A stretch of 64,000 nucleotides of DNA from Parcubacteria group bacterium (lineage in GTDB: Bacteria > Patescibacteriota > Minisyncoccia > Moranbacterales > UBA2206), in the NCBI GenBank assembly GCA_041659505.1, contig JBAZYF010000003.1, positions 22,026 to 86,025 on the forward strand. The letters are read 5' to 3'. Both the position numbers and the translations under genes were made by a program. Shown one piece after another: positions 58,957 through 64,000 of this stretch (the stretch's first letter is position 1; each line of letters begins with the position of its first letter). A model generated the notes under the pieces. The model was not told the DNA's origin, ran no database searches, and saw nothing but the letters and a program-made list of their open reading frames with translations.

Positions 58957-59264
58957 AGAAATAAAAAATTAACAATATTTTATTCTATTGTAGCAATAAA
59001 AATGTCGAGAAGCAATGGTGATGGGGGGCTGACGCCTTAATTTGATTCATTAAAATAAAAAGGTTATAATATAAATAACAATTCATTGCCTAAACCCCAC
59101 AAAAATGTGGGGCATGGCGCTAAAACCAACCAAGGTAGTAAGCTCCTCGTCCAGAGCACCTTGGTTGGTCGTGCATCGAAAGGTGTGCGGGTGACCTGAA
59201 AGGGTCATCGCTGGCGGGGAGCTTTTTGTATTCTCACCAGCAAAAATAATCTTAGAAACGGGAA

Positions 59265-60311
59265 TTATTTCAGCCAAAACCAATATTGATTCAGAAGTTC
59301 CTGTTCCAAATCGTAAGCATCGGCGTGAGAAAGAACGCCTAGATACGATTGCAGACACTGGTTCAGTGATTTCTCATTTCTTTTGCTTGCTTTATATTCC
59401 AGGATGCGTTCTTGAAGTTTTTTAAAAATGCGCTTTTTCGTCTTTGTCCGCAACGCCCGACAATGCGGAAGAGTTACGTAGCCGAGAAAATCTATTCCTT
59501 GTTTGCATTTTCTGATACTAACTTTTCCAGGATGAAGCTTCAGCGAAAGTTTTTCTTCGATAAACCGACCAACAGGATTGAGGATATTCGACAAAAACTC
59601 CTGACTATTACTGACGATCACGAAATCATCGGTATAGCGGGCATAGTGTTTTATTTTCAACTCATGCTTTACAAACTGGTCGAGTTCGTTCATGTAGACA
59701 TTGGCGAAAAGCTGGGAGGTAAGATTGCCAATCGGCACGCCTCTGCTACTGAAAATGTCTGATTGATCGGAAGAAAAACTTTCTACGATTTCTTTCAAGA
59801 GCCACCGCACATTCTCGTCCTTTATTCTCTTGAATAAAATTCGCAGCAGAATGGCATGATCGACCGTATCAAAAAATTTTTTGATATCGCACTTTAAAAC
59901 GAAGCACGGTCTCGAATAATTTTTGCTTTCTTTTTCGATCATTTTTTCCAAGGCCGTAACACCCTTGTGCGTCCCCTTCCCGATGCGACAGGAAAAAGAA
60001 TGTGAGATAAAAGACTGCTCGAAAATCGGGCTAAGCACTGAAAAAATGGCATGATGCAATACTCTGTCCTTCACTTCTGCTTTGTGAATATGTCGCTGTT
60101 TCGGATCACGGATATAAAATGACGAATAGCTCTGGTGTTTGTATGTGCGACTCCTCAGCTCTTCGCGAAGCTGAAAAATATTTCGCTCCAATTCCCATTC
60201 GAACTTCAAGACATCCGCCTTTTTTCGCTTACCCTCCTTGAAGTTGTCCCAGGCCAAAAACAGGTTTTCCAGCGAAATTATTTCTTCAAAAATATCTTTG
60301 TAGGTTTTCAT
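59265..60311 (-). CDS. Diversity-generating retroelement (DGR) reverse transcriptase
   Basis: RT motifs FVLKCDIKKFFDTVDH and YARYTDDFVIV (YxDD). The motif PIGNLTSQ (IGxxxSQ) is diagnostic of DGR RTs, as opposed to QGxxxSP in group II intron RTs. TR/VR pair lies adjacent. Confidence 0.85.
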   Translation of the reverse strand: MKTYKDIFEEIISLENLFLAWDNFKEGKRKKADVLKFEWELERNIFQLREELRSRTYKHQSYSSFYIRDPKQRHIHKAEVKDRVLHHAIFSVLSPIFEQSFISHSFSCRIGKGTHKGVTALEKMIEKESKNYSRPCFVLKCDIKKFFDTVDHAILLRILFKRIKDENVRWLLKEIVESFSSDQSDIFSSRGVPIGNLTSQLFANVYMNELDQFVKHELKIKHYARYTDDFVIVSNSQEFLSNILNPVGRFIEEKLSLKLHPGKVSIRKCKQGIDFLGYVTLPHCRALRTKTKKRIFKKLQERILEYKASKRNEKSLNQCLQSYLGVLSHADAYDLEQELLNQYWFWLK

Positions 60312-60331
60312 AATTCAATAACAATAAAAAT

Positions 60332-60682
60332 ATGGATGAATTTGACATTCCGATCTTCAAAAAAATCTGCGATATGTATAAAAATTTCTACAGTTTCAGG
60401 AATTCCGTTCCCAAACAGGACCGTTATACACTTTGGCAAAAATGCGAGAATATTTTGCTGGAAATATTGGAAAGTATATTACTTGCCAGCCAAATGCCTA
60501 AAAAAGAAAAGCTACCGATTCTGGAAAAAACAAGCCTACAGCTTAACTCGTTCAGGATTTTTGTCCGTCTGGCCAAAGAAGTTCGCGCCATTGATACTAA
60601 AAAATACATCTTACTGCAAGAGAACACAGATGAGATTGGAAGAATGTTGGGTGGCTGGATACGCTCCAATCATTCTGATTAA
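60332..60682 (+). CDS. avd: DGR accessory variability determinant (Avd), transcribed divergently from the RT
   Basis: 116 aa. C-terminus EIGRMLGGWIRSNHSD parallels Bordetella phage Avd ...EVGRILGSWIAR. Predicted helical bundle. Confidence 0.8.
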   Translation: MDEFDIPIFKKICDMYKNFYSFRNSVPKQDRYTLWQKCENILLEILESILLASQMPKKEKLPILEKTSLQLNSFRIFVRLAKEVRAIDTKKYILLQENTDEIGRMLGGWIRSNHSD

Positions 60683-60688
60683 GACACA

Positions 60689-60720
60689 AAAGACATCCCC
60701 CTCTGGATGTCTTTTTGTTT
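60689..60720 (+). terminator. Terminator downstream of avd
   Basis: aaagacatcc-ccctct-ggatgtcttt followed by ttgttt. Confidence 0.5.
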
Positions 60721-60723
60721 TGA

Positions 60724-60850
60724 GAAGAGACTTCGGGAGAAATCCCGAGGCGGAACCGAACTGCTTGTTGACATTGTTCGTCCAGTTAGTGTTGAAGTTG
60801 AGGTCGCCGTCGTTCCAGTTGAAGTTGGGCGCGTTCACGAACTCACCATC
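60724..60850 (-). repeat. DGR template repeat (TR), 127 bp, read on the minus strand
   Basis: Matches the VR at 114/127 positions. All 13 mismatches are A in this copy (minus strand) against G/T/C in the VR. Translating it gives the Asn-rich NFNWNDGDLNFNTNWTNNVNKQFG (AAC codons). Confidence 0.85.
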
Positions 60851-61259
60851 GCCGTCGGGATTTTGCTTCTACCCGTCCATTATCACCAGGAGTTGAAATT
60901 TACTGTCTGAATAAATCAGGCCTATATTCTCTCCTCCTTGAATTTTATTCGGGAGTAGTTCTTTTTATCGAACATCTCCACCAGGTAAAAGCAAGCAGTA
61001 TCTCCTCAAGATAACACACTTCTTCCAGCCGTAGCCGAATAGAACTCCGGTTATTTTCCTTGAAGAAAGAGAGGGCGACAGCTATCCGTGGACAACTGCT
61101 CATTGGCCCGCTCATTCAGAAGTATATCAGAACAGCTTATTCTAGCAAATGAAAGAGGCTACCCACAAGTGGATAGCCTCGATTTTGAACCGACCGCCTT
61201 CGGCGGAAAGTTCAAGGAATAAAAGGCACGAGAGGGACAAGGTTTCGAAATTTCGAGTT

Positions 61260-62138
61260 TCAATTCTGCGGGAGAAATCCCGAGGCGGAACCGAACTGCT
61301 CGTTGACATCGCTCGTCCAGCTAGCGCTGAAGTAGAGGTCGCCGTCGCCCCAGTCGAAGTAGGGCGCGCCCACGAACTCACCATCGCCGTCGGGAGCATA
61401 CTCGTCGCCCGCACAATCGATGTGGAGCTGTTCCCACTGAATCTCACGTTCGGGGTGGGTCAGCAACATGATTCCGATTGCAAAGGCTCCGAGTCCAAAC
61501 TCATTGACAATGAAGACCTCACGTCCCCGGCGCACCGAACGACCCTTATGACGGAGACCGAACTGGGCCGGAACGACGAGGATGTCGAAGTCCTTCTGCT
61601 CGTCGCCGAGCTTCTGGAACATCTTCACCGTCTTGACATGCTGCCTGAGGTACTCCGCTCCGAGATGGCCGTCACGGTAGTTGTAGAACTTCCGCTTGGA
61701 CGCGATCATCGCGAGAACCTTCTCGACCGCTTCGCCATACGTCGGTGCGAGCGTCTCCCACTTCGGAATAGCAAACCATCCTTCAGCGTTTGAGGGTAGC
61801 GTCTGCTCGGCGATCTTCTCATCGGCGAATCCGATGCCCGGGAATAACTGACGCAGGATGTTGGTCTGTTCCGTAATCCCCTTGACCTTGTAGCCCTTGG
61901 GGTACGTGTAGCTGGAACTGACTTCCTCGTCGGCGAACTGATTGGACACCGAAAGCTCTCTGATGGCAGTGATGATGCGAGCTTGAAACTCGTCGCCGTT
62001 TTCAATGAGTTTCTGGGTACCGTCCTTGTCTCCGAGAAGACCATCTGCAATTGCGCGATCAATGGCGTCTTCGGAAAACCGCTTGACTTGCTTCTTCTGT
62101 CCGTCTGTGATACCGGTGATCAATGTTTCCATTGTCAT
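61260..62138 (-). CDS. DGR target protein with C-terminal variable C-type-lectin/FGE-like fold
   Basis: 292-aa ORF with the VR at its extreme C-terminus. The W/G/D/Y-rich end is typical of CLec-fold DGR variable proteins. Confidence 0.8.
   Translation of the reverse strand: MTMETLITGITDGQKKQVKRFSEDAIDRAIADGLLGDKDGTQKLIENGDEFQARIITAIRELSVSNQFADEEVSSSYTYPKGYKVKGITEQTNILRQLFPGIGFADEKIAEQTLPSNAEGWFAIPKWETLAPTYGEAVEKVLAMIASKRKFYNYRDGHLGAEYLRQHVKTVKMFQKLGDEQKDFDILVVPAQFGLRHKGRSVRRGREVFIVNEFGLGAFAIGIMLLTHPEREIQWEQLHIDCAGDEYAPDGDGEFVGAPYFDWGDGDLYFSASWTSDVNEQFGSASGFLPQN
61269..61395 (-). repeat. DGR variable repeat (VR) at the 3' end of the target gene
   Basis: Encodes YFDWGDGDLYFSASWTSDVNEQFGSASGFLPQN. 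A GAAA-loop hairpin cgggagaaatcccg sits at its 3' end and is shared with the TR. Confidence 0.85.
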
Positions 62139-62395
62139 CCTCCTTTGGTAATTTTATTTTCCCGAACCCCGGGATTAGGGCTTGTATCTCGAATGAGATG
62201 AGCACCTTGGAAGCCAAAAATGACGCCCAAAATGCTCATCTCATTGCTTTTATGGATTTAAGGTACTAACAGGCTATCCTAGCATATTTAAAGCCGTTTG
62301 TCAAACTCGTTGACGGACGGATTGCATAGCTAAAAAAGAGAGGTCACCTTTGAAATATTACCGATATTCTCTTTTTTTCATCCTTACTGAAAGCT

Positions 62396-63727
62396 TTATT
62401 GTTCTGATTGATATCTTTCAACATTTTTTTTTAAATATTTTTTCAATTCAGTTCTGAATAATATCATATCTTTATCGCTAGTGTTTTTGCGTGAAGAATA
62501 AAATTGCCCAAAGCTGTCCCGAATTAAATACAATGCAAGCTCGTCTAATTTCATTAAAAGCCAACCGTCTACTTCCATAGATTCTTCTTCATAATTTATA
62601 TATGGCAATAATACTTCATCGGCATATTCTTTTATAAAATTTTTCCTTGATTCATCGTTATCATGTTCCTCTATTGTTTCCTCGGGAAGATTCGCAGTCA
62701 CATCTAAAAAATTGATGGAATGCTCATACAAATTTTTTATAAAATCTTTCTCTTCAAATTTACGAAAGGGCTTTAATAAATAAACTAATGCTTTTATCGA
62801 AGCTTCAAAATCATATTGAGTGCCTTGTAAAATACCTTCAAGCTTTGTTTTTGTCCATTCGGCAGGCGGGTCCCCTATTGATTGTTTATTTTCTTGAACT
62901 TTGTTGGTATTATTACTTTTCTTTTTTATGCTTTCTATCCATGATTCTATCAGCGAAGTCCACTCTGTCCAGTTGTATGCCTTACTTAAATTAGGAATAA
63001 GTTCGCTGTCGAAGTCCTTTATGATCTTATCGTCGCTGTAATTCCAGTAGTTGCGTAAAACAGCTACGTATTCCTGAAGTAAAATAGCTGATTTTCTGGG
63101 ATCGTAATAAGCCAAACTATTTTTAGCATTATTCTTAATATGCATCAACTTTTGTTCTATCGGAGACAGTCTTCTCACAAAAAGCACTCCTCCCAACTTA
63201 TCCAGAAACTTCTCCACGCTTTCTTTTACAATCCCTTCCGTATTGGAAAATTTCAGATAAGTAGTTGCCGAGGCATCGATCGCGTCCAACACTTCATTGA
63301 CACCGTATTTTCGTAAATGATTCCGAAGATTATTTTCCCCGTGTTCACTTATTGTAAGCGGCTCAATTTTTGCCTCAACATATTCCTTGATCATTTTCAA
63401 TGTTTCATCGTCCAGATTAGACAACGATTTCTTCCATTTAAACATCAGCTCAATCTGTTCTCTTCTCTCCTGGATCAGCTCCAACTGCTTGCGTTGTTTT
63501 TCAACTACGGAATTATCATTCAACTTTCTGTCGCTCTTGCCAAGATTGCAATCAAAACAACTCGTAATCAGATTTACAATACCATTATCCCCGCCCTTCG
63601 AAACTGGCTCAATGTGATCTATATGCAAAACAACATCAGGAGCTTTCTCACCACAATATTGGCAGGTAAACCTGTCTCTCTTAAATACTTCAAATCGTAT
63701 GGATTTTGATATGCCTTTTCTTTTCAT
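62396..63727 (-). CDS. HNH endonuclease-domain protein with large uncharacterised C-terminal region
   Basis: N-terminal FTCQYCGEK...HIDHIEPVSKGG...NLITSCFDCN (HNH). Confidence 0.7.
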   Translation of the reverse strand: MKRKGISKSIRFEVFKRDRFTCQYCGEKAPDVVLHIDHIEPVSKGGDNGIVNLITSCFDCNLGKSDRKLNDNSVVEKQRKQLELIQERREQIELMFKWKKSLSNLDDETLKMIKEYVEAKIEPLTISEHGENNLRNHLRKYGVNEVLDAIDASATTYLKFSNTEGIVKESVEKFLDKLGGVLFVRRLSPIEQKLMHIKNNAKNSLAYYDPRKSAILLQEYVAVLRNYWNYSDDKIIKDFDSELIPNLSKAYNWTEWTSLIESWIESIKKKSNNTNKVQENKQSIGDPPAEWTKTKLEGILQGTQYDFEASIKALVYLLKPFRKFEEKDFIKNLYEHSINFLDVTANLPEETIEEHDNDESRKNFIKEYADEVLLPYINYEEESMEVDGWLLMKLDELALYLIRDSFGQFYSSRKNTSDKDMILFRTELKKYLKKNVERYQSEQ

Positions 63728-64000
63728 ACTCCTGTACTTTCTTGATAGCCATGTTTAACCCGACGTCGACTTATTAAAAATAGTATTTTTATCGTATCCC
63801 TAAATCACCATAAAGTAAAGAAAACAGCCCCTATTTCGCTAAATTTTGCCCTACGGGCGCTTTTTGTGCTGATATGGTGTAACTATACCAAAAGCCAGAA
63901 CATTCCGCCCCGGCTTTGATATTTCGTTATTGCGTATAATCACATTATTTATCACAAACAGCTCTCTTGTTCCCTGTGTTTTCTTGATTCAAAAGAAGCC

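Noticed and set aside
59083-59358. 91-aa minus-strand ORF overlapping the end of the RT gene
   Set aside because: Overlaps the RT reading frame and the structured 3' region. More likely non-coding hairpins and terminator.
60611-60838. 75-aa minus-strand ORF MNAPNFNWNDGDLNFNTNWTNNVNKQFGSASGFLP...
   Set aside because: It is the in-frame translation of the DGR template repeat. Its Asn-rich sequence mirrors the VR. It is not an independent gene.

Overview
The window is a low-GC bacterial chromosomal segment in which nearly all genes lie on the minus strand. Features in coordinate order:

- **1–9.4 kb, housekeeping block:** partial valS, pheT-pheS, a small membrane ORF, secF and secD. A roughly 180-bp GC-rich structured repeat flanks secD on both sides.
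- **9.6–12 kb:** an operon of four tandem Nudix hydrolase paralogs followed by a GNAT acetyltransferase.
- **12.2–31.2 kb, prophage-like island:** about 19 kb on a single strand.
  - Gene content: tyrosine integrase, a holin/amidase lysis cassette, a tail fiber, a tail lysin with a second amidase domain, capsid, scaffold and portal candidates.
  - No terminase or replication module is visible.
- **31.5–33.6 kb:** a compact T-box leader upstream of thrS (plus strand).
- **33.6–37.8 kb:** PhzF-family, MltG, and secreted hypothetical proteins.
- **38.2–39.3 kb:** an IS30-family transposase whose N-terminal HTH is in a different frame from the nearest upstream ATG, across a poly-A tract.
- **39.3–50.4 kb, compact AT-rich cluster:**
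  - Genes in order: Nudix, MccF-like LD-carboxypeptidase, P-loop kinase, HisC-like aminotransferase, a 636-aa unknown protein with a GT-B-like C-terminus, radical-SAM/SPASM enzyme, group-II PLP decarboxylase, and a second, divergent pheS-pheT pair.
  - I read this as a candidate biosynthetic or self-resistance system centred on a Phe-related metabolite.
- **50.5–57.1 kb:** two histidine kinases and three stand-alone receiver proteins, then an outer-membrane β-barrel-like protein and a SpeE-like protein.
- **57.5–59 kb:** a transcriptional regulator with a divergent-AAA (Schlafen/AlbA_2-like) domain and an HTH.
- **59.2–62.1 kb, diversity-generating retroelement (DGR):**
  - Reverse transcriptase (RT) with the IGxxxSQ motif.
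  - Divergently oriented avd.
  - 127-bp template repeat (TR) and variable repeat (VR) differing at 13 positions, all adenines in the TR.
  - VR lies at the C-terminus of a C-type-lectin/FGE-like target gene.
- **62.4–63.7 kb:** an HNH-domain protein.
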